Source of the DNA: the human T2T-CHM13v2.0 reference genome, Homo sapiens
Strand: one strand, 5' to 3'
DNA: 64,000 nucleotides
Assembly: GCF_009914755.1 (NCBI RefSeq)
Contig: NC_060948.1
Shown here: positions 36,657 through 54,294 of the stretch, one piece after another
Layout of the letters: each line of letters starts with the position of its first letter
Position numbering within the stretch: the stretch's first letter is position 1
Program-made: the position numbers and the translations under genes
The notes under the pieces: generated by a model
The model's input: only the letters and a program-made list of their open reading frames with translations
Told to the model about the DNA's origin: nothing
Database searches by the model: none

Positions 36657-37141
36657 GGGCCGGGTGCGGTGGCTCATGCCTGTCATCCCAGCACTTTGGG
36701 AGGCTGAGGCGAGGGGATCACCTGATGTCAGGAGTTTGAGAGCAGCCTGACCAACATGGTGAAACCCCATCTGTACTAATAATACAAAAATTAGCCGGGT
36801 GTGGTGGTTCATGCCTGTACTCCCAGCTACTCAGGAGGCTGAGGGAGGAGAATGGCTTGAACCTGGGAGGCGGAGGTTGCAGTGAGCCAAGACCGCGCTG
36901 CTGCACTCCAGCTGGGGCAAGAAAGAAAGAAGGAAGGAAGGAAGGAAGGAAGGAAGGAAGGAAGGAGGGAGGGAGGGAGGGAGGGAGGGAGGGAGGGAGG
37001 GAGGGAGGGAGGAGGAAGGAAAGAAATGGACGGAAAGAAAGGGAAGGAAGGGAAGGGAAAGAAGGGAAGGGAAGGAAGGGAAGGGAAGGAAGGAAATGAA
37101 AGGAAAGGAAGGAAAGGAAAGGAAAGGAAAGGAAGGAAGAA
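36657..37141 (+). mobile_element. AluS whose tail has become (GAAA)(GGAA)(GGGA) microsatellites
   Basis: Alu to ~36920, then a purine microsatellite. Confidence 0.92.
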
Positions 37142-37194
37142 ACAGGAGCACCAAATATTCCCTTCTAAAGTCTCTTTGTTTCCCATGTATGCAT

Positions 37195-37590
37195 TTATTT
37201 TTTGAGATGGGGTCTTGCTATGTTGCCCAGGCTGGAGTGCAGTGGAGTCCCATCATAGCTCACTGCAGCCTCAACCCCCTGGGCTCAAAAGGATCCTCCT
37301 GCCTCAGCCTCCGGAGCAGCTGGGACTACAGGTGCATGCATCACCACACCCAGCTAATTTTTTATTTTTTGTAGAGACGGGATCTTGCTATGTGGTCCAG
37401 GCTGGTCTCCAACTGCTGAACTGAAATGATCCTCCCGTTTCAGCCTCTCCTGAGTCACTGGGACTGCAGGCACACACCACCACATACAGCTAAGTTTCTG
37501 GTTTTGTTTTTGAGACTGAGTCACACTCTGTCACCCAGGCTAAAGTGGAGTGCCGTGATCCCCACTCACTGCAACTGTTGACCTGCCCCA
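37195..37590 (-). mobile_element. AluJ-like fragments
   Basis: GGGTCTTGCTATGTTGCCCAGG and CACTGCAGCCTCAACCCCCTGGGCTC. Confidence 0.8.
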
Positions 37591-37681
37591 GGAGGCAGGA
37601 CGGAGTGGGGTGATGGTGGCATAGGAGGACACTGGGAGACCTGGAGAGCTTTCTGTGGGTCCAGACAAACAATGTCAATTT

Positions 37682-38790
37682 GGGTGTGTGTGTGCATGCA
37701 TGCTAGTTTGTGTGTGTGTGTGTGCATGCATGCATGCTTGCTGGTGTGTGTGTGCATGTGTGTATACATTGTGTCTGTGTGTATACGTACATGCTAGTGT
37801 ATGTGGATGTGTATGCATGCATCTCTGTGTGTATGTATGCGTCTGTGTGCATGCAAGCTAGTGTGTGTTCATGCATGCTAGTGTAATTGCACACGTGTGT
37901 GCATGCTAGTGTGTGTGTATGCATCTGTGTGCATATATGTATGCGTCTCTGTGTGTGCATGCATGCTATTGTGTGTGCATATGCACGTGTGTTTGTGTAT
38001 ATGCATGCTAGTGTGTGTGTATGTAGGCATCTGTGTGTACGCATGCTAGTATATGTGAACACACGTGTATGTGCATGAATACTAGTGTGTTTATGTATGT
38101 GTGTATGTAGGCGTCTGTGTGTATGCATCTGTATCTGTGCATGCATGCTAGTGTGTTTGTGTGCACATGGGTGTGCATGCTAGTGTGTGTTTATGTATGC
38201 ATATGTGGGCATGTACGTATGTATGCATCATGTGTACATGTGTGCTAGTGCACGTGCATGCGTGTGTGCGCATGTATGTACGCATCTGTGTGTGCATGTG
38301 TATGTATGTGTGCATGCATGCTAGTGTATGTATGTGTGTGTATGTAGTCGTCTCTGTGTGTATGCATGCCAGCGTATGTGAACACACGTATATGTATGCT
38401 AGTGTGTGCATGCCTGCTAGTGTATGTGCACACGTGTGTGTGCGTCCATGAAAGTGTGTGTACATGCTAGTGTGTGTGCATATGCGTGTGTGTTTGTGTG
38501 CATGCATGCTAGCGTGTGCATGTGTGTATGTAGGCGTCTGTGTGCATGCATGCTAGCGTATGTGAACACATATATGTATGCTAGTGTGTGTATGCATGCT
38601 AGTGTATGTGAACACACGTGTGTGTGCGTGCATGCTGGTGTGTATGTGCATGCTAGTGTGTGGGCATACATGAGTATGTTTGAATGCATGCGTGCTAGTG
38701 TGTGCGTGTGTATATGCATGCTAGTGTATTTGCGTGCAACGTGTGCGTTTGTGTGCATGCATGCTAGTGTGTGTGTGTGTGCGTGTGTGT
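37682..38790. repeat. (TG)n/(CATG)n composite alternating purine-pyrimidine tract with recurring CATGCTAGTG
   Basis: Direct reading. Confidence 0.93.
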
Positions 38791-38829
38791 CATTTTTCCG
38801 CCATAATAGAGAGTAGAGAGAAGAGGTGA

Positions 38830-39480
38830 GATTAGAAAACTTCAATTAAGCCTTTCAAAAGACCATCTGCCAAACGGTGACTGGGGTTCCGTGTAAACAA
38901 AGTGTCTGTGCTGGTTACAAACACATGATCTTACCTATTGTATTGTGTTACAAATGAAAATGAGATTAAGCCACCTACACGGTACCTCTCTTGCATCTTC
39001 AATTTGTCATGGAGGCTGAGCATCGCTGGTGTATATTCATCCCGCCTGATGAGCCCTCATTATCTCTGTAGCAGCGGTATACACGGTGCACAGCATAATC
39101 AAAGCCTGCGGGTACGTATTAATTATCCTTTTGAATAGTGATGAAATTTTAAAAAGATCTCCTTTAGCTCATATCATCAGCAGATGAAACAAAGGCGCAC
39201 ACAGCTTGTGCGCAGAGGTTCACATGTGTTTTTACATCTGTTCAGGATATTGCAATTTGAAGCTCAACAAGCAGACACTGCGATTAAAGAAGAGGATGAA
39301 GGGAGAGAGAGAGGGAGAGAGAGGGAAGAAGAAGAAGAAAAAAAAAAAGTCCTGCAATGACAAATAACCAATAGACCCCGCCCCCAGCTCATTGAGGAGA
39401 GACGAAAATGAGTAACTCCTTCTCCAAGAATGCACCATTGCTTTATTTTTGTCTCTCTAAGGAGGATGATTTAAAAGCAA
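38830..39480. promoter_or_regulatory. Candidate enhancer/promoter-like unique island
   Basis: TGTAAACA (FOX) 38892, several TAAT sites, CCAAT 39368 next to GC box CCCCGCCCCC 39376. Confidence 0.4.
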
Positions 39481-40485
39481 GAATCCATGCATGCAACGTG
39501 AGGTGTGTGGTGATGGCAAGTGCACCTGTTACCTCCGAACACCACAGCTCTCGTGCACAAACCTGCAGCTTGCCCTTCTCCCGGCAGCTTCTCTCCTGGG
39601 GTCCTGTTGGGGTGGGGGGGGGGGGTTCCCGGAAGCTCAGAGAGAAGGAAGAAGAGAGCTGCCCTTTTCAGAGAGGCTCAGGCGGCGGTCTTTGTTTTGT
39701 TGCTTGAATTAGAATGCGGCTATGGGGTGGTCTGTAGGGGGAGCAGAAAGAGAAAGACCCCGTGTGCGCCAAGAGCGGTGGGCGGGGGGGGTCCTTGGAC
39801 ATTGACAAGCTGTTTCTAGGAACTCCGTCCCCTGGGGTGAGAGAAGGCCCTGATACACAACCCCTTGCATTGAACACGGGACTTCTGAGTTCTGGGTAGA
39901 AAAGCTCCTTCCTGTTTGCAGGTATGACCTTAGATTTAAAAAAATAAAAATACCGCATGCAAATGCAAATGTGCTTTTACTTCTGTGTTTAACGGGATAC
40001 AGAGGTTGTGATCAAACATGCACACTTAAAAGATGCCTTTGAATTATCTTTCAGAAATCAAAAATGTAATCCAAAAGCCATTTGAACTATGCAAGAGCTG
40101 TACCGTTGAAAGGGTATGTGAAATGTTATTTGACTCAACGGGCCTCACATCCACAGGCGGTCTGTAACATGACCTCCATGTTTCGTAAAAATTCAGTGTT
40201 ATTTACAAGTGTATGCACCTATGAGGCTGGGTCATTGACAATGAATGAGCGTCTCCATCTCTAGGGTAGCCATGAATCAAAAATACAGGATCCAGGGTTG
40301 AATCGGCTGCCTTGAATGAAATAAAAATAACATTCATTGGATAATAAAAGCAAATCCTATGGATTTTGCAAAAGTGGGCGCTCACATCGGCAGAAGCATC
40401 CGATTCGGAAAAATAAGGCGACCCCTCCTACAAGCACCTCCTCCGAACTGGCCGTCTAGAGGCATTTTTTTATCCAGTTTGCTGA

Positions 40486-40864
<379 letters not shown>

Positions 40865-40991
40865 CCCGTTAACTTCTCCAGCTTGCCTTTTTACCTGCAA
40901 CCCATATGTCTAGTAGTATATCATTTGTCTTTCACCTTTTCTTCCAATCAGAAGACACCATGATGCTATTTTCTAACCAGCATTGGCCACT

Positions 40992-41595
40992 GGTCAGGTG
41001 CAGTAGCTCACTCCTGTAATCCCAACACTTTGGGAGAGGAAGGCGGCTGGATTGCTTGAGCCCAGGAGATGTAGACCACCCTGACCAACACAGCGAAACC
41101 TCATCTCTGTTAAAAACAAACAAAAACACGGGGCTGGGAGAGGTGGCTCATGCCTGTAAATTTCACCACTTTGGGAGGCCAAGGCAGGTGGATCACTTGA
41201 GGTCAGGAGTTTGAGACCAGCCTGGCCAACATGGTGAAACGCCGTCTCTACTAAAAATACTAAAACTAGTCAGGCGTGTTGGCAGGTGCCTGTACTCTCA
41301 GCTACTCGGGAGGCTGAGGCACGAGAACTGCTTGAACTGGGAGACAGAGGTTGCAGTGAGCTGAGATCACGCCACTGCACTCCAGCCTCGGTGACAGTGC
41401 AAGACTCCATCTCAAAAAGAAAACACAAAAAATTAGCTCTGTGTGGTGGTGCAAGGCCGTAGTCCCAGCTACATGGGAGGCTAAGGTGGGAGGATCACCT
41501 GAGCCCAGGGAGGTCAAGGCTGCAGTGAGCTGTATGAGCCCCAACGCACTCCAGCCTGAGTGACAGAGTGAGACCCTATCTCAAAAAACAAAAGA
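40992..41595 (+). mobile_element. AluS inserted in the A-rich linker of an AluJ
   Basis: AluJ left arm ~40992-41128, AluS ~41132-41420, AluJ right arm ~41430-41595; AAAACAC on both sides. Confidence 0.85.
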
Positions 41596-41668
41596 ACTGG
41601 CCACTGTTTCCAGGTAGATGGATTTCTGCAAGGAACAGCACTGTGTGTTTAATGAAATTAGAAGGACC

Positions 41669-42830
<1,162 letters not shown>

Positions 42831-42937
42831 ACAGACTCCAAGGGTGACATGAGGAGTGTGACCCAAGTGTAGCTGGTTTAGCCCCTGGGAATTTGCAGCG
42901 TGGTGAGAATAAGGAATAGAAAACATCACCAGAAGAT

Positions 42938-43460
42938 GGGCGTGGTGGCTCACACCTGTAATCCCAGGACTTTGGGAGGCCGAGGCAGCCGGATCACCTG
43001 AGGTCAGGAGTTTGAGACCAGCCTGGCCAACATGGTGAAACCCCGTCTCTACTAAAAATACAAAAATCAGCCGGGCGTGGTGGCTCACTCCTGTAATCCC
43101 AGCACTTTGGGAGGCTGAGGCAGGCAGATCACCCGAGGTCAGGAGTTCGAGACCAGCCTGGTCATCATGTTCAAACCCCGTCTCTACTAAAAATACAAAA
43201 ATCAGCCGGGCGTGGTGGCTCACTCCTGTAATCCCAGCACTTTGGGAGGCTGAGGCGGCCGGATCACCCGAGGTCAGGAGTTCGAGACCAGCCTAGTCAA
43301 CATGTTCAAACCCCATTTCTACTAAAAATACAAAAGTTAGCCGGGCACGGTGGTGGGCGCCTGTAATCCCAGGACTTTAGGAGGCCAAGGCAGGCAGATC
43401 ACCTGAGGTCAGGAGTTTGAGACCAGCCTGGTCAACATGTTCAAACCCCATTTCTACTAA
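42938..43460 (+). mobile_element. Four tandem Alu left monomers, no right arm
   Basis: ~135-bp period; private CATGTTCAAACCCC in copies 2-4. Confidence 0.9.
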
Positions 43461-43938
43461 ATTGTAAAGTTCTCCTGTGGGGTCCTGGCCCCTCCCCAGA
43501 GGCATCCCTCCTGACAGAGACGCAACGGAAGAGACATACTACCTTTCATCAGCCAAGAATCTAAAGTAGGAAGAGGGAGCGTGAGCTTGGAGATTTGGAG
43601 AGTCTCTTGTAAAACTCAAATATCTGAAATTTCAGCGGAAGACGCATCGGTCGGCGTTCTTGTCGTTTAAAATCCGGGGCATAAATTTGCTTTGCTTGGA
43701 GACTCGCTGGTTCTAACCCGCCACTTGGCAGACAAGCAAGATAAGAAGAGAGGAACCTGGGGTTTTGGTAAGGAGGAAAAGATTCATAATTAGAGTAGAG
43801 GATTTCCAGAGCTTTCCTGATTATAAGGAGTGGGTCAGAGGTGCGTGAGTTCTAACCAGCTTATTAAATATTTTACAACCCCGTCAGTGGCACAAAAATT
43901 AGAGAATAACATGAGGCCATGTCGCATTTGTCTCTTGA

Positions 43939-44702
<764 letters not shown>

Positions 44703-44922
44703 TGATGATTCCTGGTTTCCCCAGGTGACTCTTGGGCTCACCAGAGCTTGCACCGGGTCTGCGTTTGCTGACAGACGCGTTCCCACGTCTCGCAGTCAGT
44801 GAATAAATGAACGGATGTGCCACCACGATGGATGGGCAGGCTCTCGAAAGACGGGCATACAACTCTCTTTGGCCACATCATTTGTCTGAAACACTCCAAG
44901 GCGTTCTGTGGGTAAACAGTCA

Positions 44923-45574
<652 letters not shown>

Positions 45575-45956
45575 TTATCTTCCTATCCCGCCTTGATTCG
45601 TGTTTAAATTTTGTCTTTTGCTTCCAGGCTGAGATTTCATGCCTGGGTTCAGCCTAAAGCGAATTTTAGCAGGTGAGTTATAAACCCCTAAAAATAGGTT
45701 TCTGTAGTCGAAATGCTGACACAGTGGATCTAGTTGGGAAGGAAGGTGGCAGAGTTCTAATTAAAAGGACACTCAGTGCTTTGTCTTTGACTAATGTAAA
45801 TAGCAATCAGGTTAACTTACAGTTTCCCTGCCTTAGAGAGGCTTTCAGAACATAGAAAACTTGTTTTTCTCTCCAAATAATAATAATAGATTACTCAATT
45901 CGCATGATAGATGAAGAAAAGTGAGGTTGTGTATGGCCTTAGAAATAACAGTAATG

Positions 45957-46644
<688 letters not shown>

Positions 46645-46969
46645 TTAAACTGTACGGTCTGATGTCAACTATACCTGTTAATACTTAAATTGGATACTAG
46701 GTAATAAAAATAAACATTTTCCCTCCTCTCTCTCTCTCTCCTCTTTTTAAGCATCTTGGTGATTTTTTTTTTTCTTTTCTGGGTCCAATCTTGCATTTAT
46801 TTCTTCCGCGTGCGAGAAGGAGAGCATCTGGTATGATTTTTCATTTTCATTTTTGCCTAATAACATTTTCTTCTCAGATTTCGTCGGAGGCCTTGATAAA
46901 AGTCCTCCTGCTTTATAACTTAGCTTTTATTACTTCCCTCAGCATTGTTCCCATGTGGGCTCTGGGACT

Positions 46970-47215
46970 TTCCTTCCTTTCTTTTCTTTCTTTCCTTTCT
47001 TTCTTCTTTATTCTTTCTTTTCTCTTTCTTTTTTCTTTGTTTTTTTTCTTTCTTTTCTCTCTTCTTTCTTCTTTGTTTCTTTTTCCTTTCATCTTTCTTT
47101 TGTCTTTCTCTTTTTCTTCTCTTTTTCTTCTTTCCTTCTTTCTCTTTCTTTTTTCTTTCTTTCTTCTTCCTTCCTTCCTTCTTTCCTTCCTTCCTTTCTT
47201 TTTTTTTCTTCTTTG
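46970..47215. repeat. Polypyrimidine (TTTC/TTCC) tract
   Basis: Direct reading. Confidence 0.92.
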
Positions 47216-47488
47216 GTCCTGATTCTCTTATCACCCCTTATTTCCTGAATGCTAAGACGTTTTCCTAACCTGGTTTAAAAAAATAAATAAATACTGTTTT
47301 GTTTATTTCTTCCCGTAGGTAAATTTATCCACAGAGACTTCTTGGCAGATAGTTTTCTTCGGAAGATGAGGGCTGGGTGATCAGTAAGAAGAGGTGTTGA
47401 AAGATGAAGGAGAGAGAGGTACATGGAAATGATTTGTCTTTACCTTCAAGGAAAAGGAACAAGAAAGATAAAAATTATAAATCAATAG

Positions 47489-47863
<375 letters not shown>

Positions 47864-48181
47864 TGACCGGGTTTTGGTGTGTTTTGACATTTTACAGTTT
47901 CTGTACATGTCCTCTCAGAACTGCAGGAAATTCATGAGCTGGTGGTGTTTGATCCTTGCATATGGGAGAAGAGTCTTATTCTTTTAATTTCAGTATAAGA
48001 AGTGTGGTCCTCTAGGTCTCAAAGCCTCACTGAGAGACAGTGGGAGCATTTGGACTTGCAGGAACTGCCGGCCTCGGCAGTAGCATGCTCTGGACAGCCA
48101 GAAACTGGATCTGTGTTCCAGGGATGCCCTCTACTGGAAAAATCTATAGCTTCTCTTTCTTGCTTTCAGAATCTCTGTATC

Positions 48182-48478
48182 TTTTTTTTTTTTTTTTTTG
48201 AGACGGAGTCTCGCTCTGTTGCCCAGGCTGGAGGACAGTGGTGCAATCTCAGGTCACAGCAACCTCCATCTCCCAGGTTCAAGCAACTCTCCTGCCTCAG
48301 CTTTCTGAATAGCTGGGATTACAGGCACCTGCCACCACACCTGACTCATTTTTGTATTTTTAGCAGAGACGGGGTTTCACCATTTTGGTCAGGCTGGTCT
48401 CGAACTCCTGGCCTCATGATCTACCTACCTCAGCCTCCCGAAGTGTTGAGATTACAGGCATGAGCCACGGTGGCCAGC
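48182..48478 (-). mobile_element. AluS
   Basis: Alu consensus match. Confidence 0.9.
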
Positions 48479-48659
48479 CAACCTGCTTTTCTTACTCAAC
48501 ATTATGTCTTAAAAATATTCCTGGGTCAGTTAATACAAATGTACCCCCACTTATTTTAACTGCTACGGAGTCATCCAGGGAAGGCTTCTAGATTTTATTT
48601 AGCTGTTTAAAAAATTCATTTGACTCATTTCCAGGTTTTTGCTTTTATTTTTGTTGGCG

Positions 48660-49073
48660 GGACAGAGTCTCACTCTGTTGCCCAGGCCAGAGTGCAGTGG
48701 TGTGGTCTCGACTCACTGCAACCTCTGCCTCCCGGATTCAAGCAATTCTCCTGCCTCAGCCTTCTGAGTAGCTGGGATTACAGGCTCCAGCAACCACACC
48801 TGACTAATTTTTGTATTTTTAGCAGAGACGGGGTTTTACCATGTTGGCCAGGCTGGTCTCAAACTCCTGAACTCAAGTGATCCACCCGCCTCGGCCTCCC
48901 AAAGTCCTGGGATGACAGGTGTGTGCCACCACGTCCAGCTAATTTTTGTATTTTTAGCAGGGACGGGGTTTCACCATGTTGGCCAGGCTGGTCTCAAACT
49001 CCTGACCGCAGGTGATCTGCCCGCCTCGGCCTCCCAAAGTGCTGGGATGACAGGTGCCAGCCAGTGCGCCCAG
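48660..49073 (-). mobile_element. Alu trimer (full Alu plus extra left monomer)
   Basis: Second left arm at ~48925-49073. Confidence 0.88.
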
Positions 49074-49411
49074 CGAGAGTCTCCGTATCTTACAGACTTT
49101 GGAAAACAGGATTTTAAAGAATTCAGTCGAGTTCCGTTCGGAGCTGAGTCATGCTGAAATTCCAGCTGCATTCAGGACCTGCTGCGAATAAAACAGGTGA
49201 AGTGTCGGGCAAGTTGGTTGCAGGTCTATAAAGGGCTTGGGATAAAGGACCCCAGAAGAAGGAAGGTCTGCCTGCAGGGAGAACATGTTGCTCAGAGATC
49301 GCTCAAGCGTGGTCCATATCCCCCACGTTCCCAAGACACCAAACTCCTCACCCCATCTTCCCAATTCTCATCAACAAAGCAATGGATACTATTTTAGTTT
49401 CCTATCGCTTA

Positions 49412-49759
<348 letters not shown>

Positions 49760-50470
49760 CTATCTATCATCTATGTATCTATGTATCTATCTATGTATCT
49801 ATCTATGTATGTATCTATCTATCTATCATCTATCTATCTATCATCTATCATCTATCTATCTAATCTATCTATCATCTATCTATCTATATCTATATCTAGC
49901 TATCCACCTGTCATCTCTGTCTTGTCTATCATCTATCTATCTACACCTGTCTATCTATCTATATGTATATATCCATCTATCTATCAGTCATCTCCCTATC
50001 TGTCTCTATCTATATATCTATCTTTCTATCTACCTATCTCTTTCTCTATATCTATTTATCCATCTATCTATCAATCATGTTTGTCTCTGTCTCTGTCTAT
50101 CTTGGGTCTATCTATATCTATCTATCTATATGTATCTATCTATCCATTTATCTATCGATCATCTCCCTGTCTTTGTCTATGTATCTATATGTTTATCTAT
50201 CTATGTCTATATATATCTATCCATCTATCTATTGATCATGTCTCTGTCTCTGTCTATCATCTATCTATATCTATCTATATCTATCTATCTATCTATATGT
50301 ATCTATCTATCCATCTATGGATCATCTCCCTGTCTCTATCTATCTATCTGTCTATCTCTATCTGTCTCTATATCTATCTATCCATCTATGTATCGATCAC
50401 ATCTCTCTCTGTCTCTGTCTATCATCTGTCTCTCTACCTGCCCGCCTGTCTACCTATCTATCCACTTCCC
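49760..50470. repeat. Degenerate (TCTA)n tract, left arm of an inverted duplication
   Basis: Direct reading; ends CTATCTATCCACTTCCCAAAGGTTTAAATAAAT. Confidence 0.93.
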
Positions 50471-50493
50471 AAAGGTTTAAATAAATTTGACCA

Positions 50494-50800
50494 GGCCAGG
50501 CGTGGTAGCTCACACCTGTAATCCCAGCACTTTGGGAGGCCGAGACGGGTGGATCACCTGAGGTTGGGAGTTCGAGACCAGCCTGACCAATATGGAGAAA
50601 CCCCATCTCTACTAAAAATACAAAATTAGCCGGGCGTGGTGGTGCATGTCTGTAGTCCCAGCTACTTGGGAGGCTGAGGCAGGGGAGATCACTTGATCCC
50701 GGGAGGCGGAGGTTGCGGTGAGCCGAGATCATGCCATTGCACTCCAGCCTGGGTGACAAGAGTGGAACTCTGTCTCAATAGATAAATAAATAAATAAATA
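50494..50800 (+). mobile_element. AluSp-like
   Basis: CCTGACCAATATGGAGAAACC; TSD-like AATAA(A/C)TTTGACC on both sides. Confidence 0.92.
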
Positions 50801-51182
50801 ACTTTGACCGACTCTGCATCGAGCCCAGCTTCCTCTTGGTTCATCCCTCCCATCATAGCCACAGTGAGGCTCCGGCAGCCTTCTGGATTTCCTTTGCTTC
50901 CCTGTCTTCCTCCAATCTACTGTCCAACTGTTCCGTCAACTTCCCAAGAGGCTGCAACCTCGAGGACCTGAGGCGTTTCACGTGTGCACACATGTGTACA
51001 CGTCTCTGTACCAGTCAAGATGCTTACGCTTGATGGGAGCAGCTCTGCGCCCGGCACAGTAGCAGACACAAACAAAAGGGGACCCACGCTGTCCTCCAGA
51101 ACCAAGCAGGGTCTTTTCGAGGATGGGCCAGGCACCCCAAAATCACCCTGGAATTTAAAGACTATAAACAAGCAAGTGAGGA

Positions 51183-51482
51183 GGCCGGGCGCGGTGGCTC
51201 ACGTCTGTCATCCCAGCACTTTGGGAGTCCGATGCAGGCAGATCACCTGAGGTCAGGCGTTCGAGACCAGCCTGGCCAACGTAGTGAAACCCCGTCTGTA
51301 CTAAAAAAAACAAAAATTAGCCAGGTGGGGTGGCGGGTTCTTGTAACACTAGCTACTTGGGAGGCTGAGACGGCAGAATGGCTTGAACACGAGAGGCGGG
51401 GGTTGCGGTGAGCTGAGATCACGCCACTGCTCTCCAGCCTAAGCAACAGAGCAAGACTCCGTCTCAAAAAAAAAAAAAAAAG
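51183..51482 (+). mobile_element. AluS
   Basis: Alu consensus match. Confidence 0.92.
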
Positions 51483-52429
51483 GGAAGTGAGGATGATTTT
51501 GGGGACAGCAGGGCTGTGACGCTCTCCTCCGCCCAGGAGGCCACCCAGACTCTATAGGGAAAGAGAAACAGCTGAGTTGCTGGATTCCAACCTGGGTGGG
51601 AAACAGCTGAGTTGCTGGAAGTTGCACCAGAATGCCAGCCGTGAAATCCAGCAGCACTGATTACAACCTGGGTGGGAAACTCCATTCTCAGCCACTTGGG
51701 GTTAGCCCTGAACGGCAGGAGCCCGTGGAAAGAAAAGTCTCTGCTCTGATTTCGCGGAGTGAGCAGAAGGACAGAGGAAAGAAATCTAATACAGTCAGAG
51801 GAAGGTGAGGTGCTTTTTTTGTTGTTGTTGTTTTTGTTTTGTTTTCTGGGATGCATCAATTTAAGTGATATCAGCACTTAACAAATAGCCAAGGGGACCC
51901 CATCTTCGCTGCAAACGCAGGGGGGCCTTCCAGCCTCCACACACATGGTCAGCACACGCCAGACACAGTTTGAAACAGAGCTTTACACTTTGGGACCTCC
52001 TCTTTCTCTCCGATGTATGACCTCCATCTATTTAAAATGTTAACCAATAGAGAACACACACACACACACACACACGTGCCGATCTCAAATTACATATCAC
52101 ATGTGAGTCTTCGCATTTTAAAAGGTGATAAAAATGTCAGTAATATCCTACATGCCAGCCACTCCAAAGATCCCCCACCCTCTAACGTCTACAAGGCTTG
52201 GGTTGTCTTAACATAATTCCACGCGGAAACCAGGCTGCTGTGGAAAACACCAGTTCTCGAGATGGCAGCACACACAGAGGCTTTTGTTGAAAAGAGCATG
52301 AAAGAGAGGCTTGTCCAAGGTCTCCAGAGACCGGCTTACCGACCGTGATGAACACACACACCCGAAACTGCTGTTTTGACTTTGCGTTCATCATGAGTTC
52401 GTTGTGGTTACATTTATTTAAACCTTTGG

Positions 52430-53340
52430 GAAGTGGATAGATAGGGAGATAGGCAGGTAGGTAGATAGACAGATGATAGGCAGAGACAGAGAGAGACATG
52501 ATCGATGGATAGATATATGGACATATAGATACATAGATACAGAGATAGATACATAGATGATAGACAGAGACAGACAGGGAGATGATGATAGGTAGATAGA
52601 TAATGCATAGATAGATAGATAGATGATACATAGATACATAGATGATAGATAGAGATATAATCAATAGATGATAGATTGATAGATAGATACATAGATAATT
52701 AGATAGATAGATAAGTAGATATAGATAGATGATAGAGACAGAGAGAGATAATCAATAGATAGATGATAGAGACAGAGAGGAAGATGATAGATAGATAGAC
52801 AGATAATACATAGATAGATAGATAGATGATAGAGATATAATCAATAGATGATAGATAGATAGATAAGTAGATACAGATAGATGATAGAGACAGAGAGAGA
52901 TAATCAATAGATAGATGATAGACAGAGACAGAGAGGAAGATGTTAGACAGATAGATAGACAGATTATAGCTATAGATAGACGATAGATAGATGATAGATA
53001 GATAGATACATAGAGATACATAGATGATAGATAGATGGTAGACAGATAGATATCTAGATAGACAGATATAGATAGATAATAGAGAGAGAGGTGATCAATA
53101 GATAGATGGATAGATAGAGATGGATAGATACATAGATAATAGATAGATAGATGATAGACAGATACACAAACAGAGATAGATAGATACATAAACGATAGAT
53201 AGATGGTAGATATAGATTGATAAATAAATGAAAAATGATTAGATACATAGATAGATGTGGATAGCCAGATGGAGAGATGACAGATAGATGATAGGTGGAT
53301 AGATATATGATAGATACAGGTGATAGAGACAGAAGCATAG
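52430..53340. repeat. Degenerate (TAGA)n tract, right arm of an inverted duplication
   Basis: Direct reading; preceded by ATTTATTTAAACCTTTGGGAAGTGGATAG. Confidence 0.93.
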
Positions 53341-53830
53341 ATATATATGTACGTATATATACACATTATAATATGTACATATTGTATATACTATAAATTG
53401 TATACACTATAAATTGTATACATTATAAATCTTCATATATGTGCATATATGTTGAGTATATATGTATACATATATACTAACCATATACTAAACAAACTGA
53501 ATATATAAACTTTAGTATATGTGCATATGTGTTTAGTATATATGTATATATATGCTAATTATATATGAAACATACTGAATACATTTTTAGTATATGTACC
53601 CATATACATATATACTAAAGTATACATATATGCTACAGTTTATCATGTATATATAATATATATGTTTAGTATCTATGTATACAGAGATACTGACATTGTG
53701 TACATACACATATATACATGGATATAAAGTACCATATATGTACGTATACACTCTACATTTTATAATGTATTTATACTAAAATTAATAATGTATATGTACA
53801 TATACATATAATGTATATATAAATAAGATA
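53340..53830. repeat. Degenerate (TA)n low-complexity tract
   Basis: Direct reading. Confidence 0.88.
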
Positions 53831-53859
53831 CAGGTATAATGCCTATGATCTAACAATTA

Positions 53860-54025
53860 AAATACATTAAAATTAATTTCATAACAGTTTTTAACTTACA
53901 GAAACATTGCCAGATAATACAGAGAGACTTCATATACCCCACAACCTGCCTGGCCTATTCTTAGCATCTTATATCTGTAGGGTACAATCGTCACAACTGA
54001 TGAACCAATATTGACGCATTATTAA
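53860..54025 (-). mobile_element. L1M 3' end fragment
   Basis: TTACAGAAACATTGCCAGATAATACAGAGAGACTTCATATACCC...CACAACTGATGAACCAATATTGAC. Confidence 0.65.
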
Positions 54026-54294
54026 TGTGCTGTTATGGTTAAAAGGATAGTTCAGGCTGAGATCTAGAGTGGTGGTCTCCAGCATAGGCTACAGGCATAG
54101 AACTTCACAGAGCTAAAAGTAGAGGGTGGTACTGGGGAGGGCGTGAGAAGCACACGGTTCCATTCGTCTATCTGTAAGGAAAGCTACCAGGCAACACGCA
54201 CACATGCACACACACACACACACACACATATTATAGATGCCTCTGTTTACATCATCAGGCTCTGCTATCAAAAGGCCACCTTCTTGATGACAGT

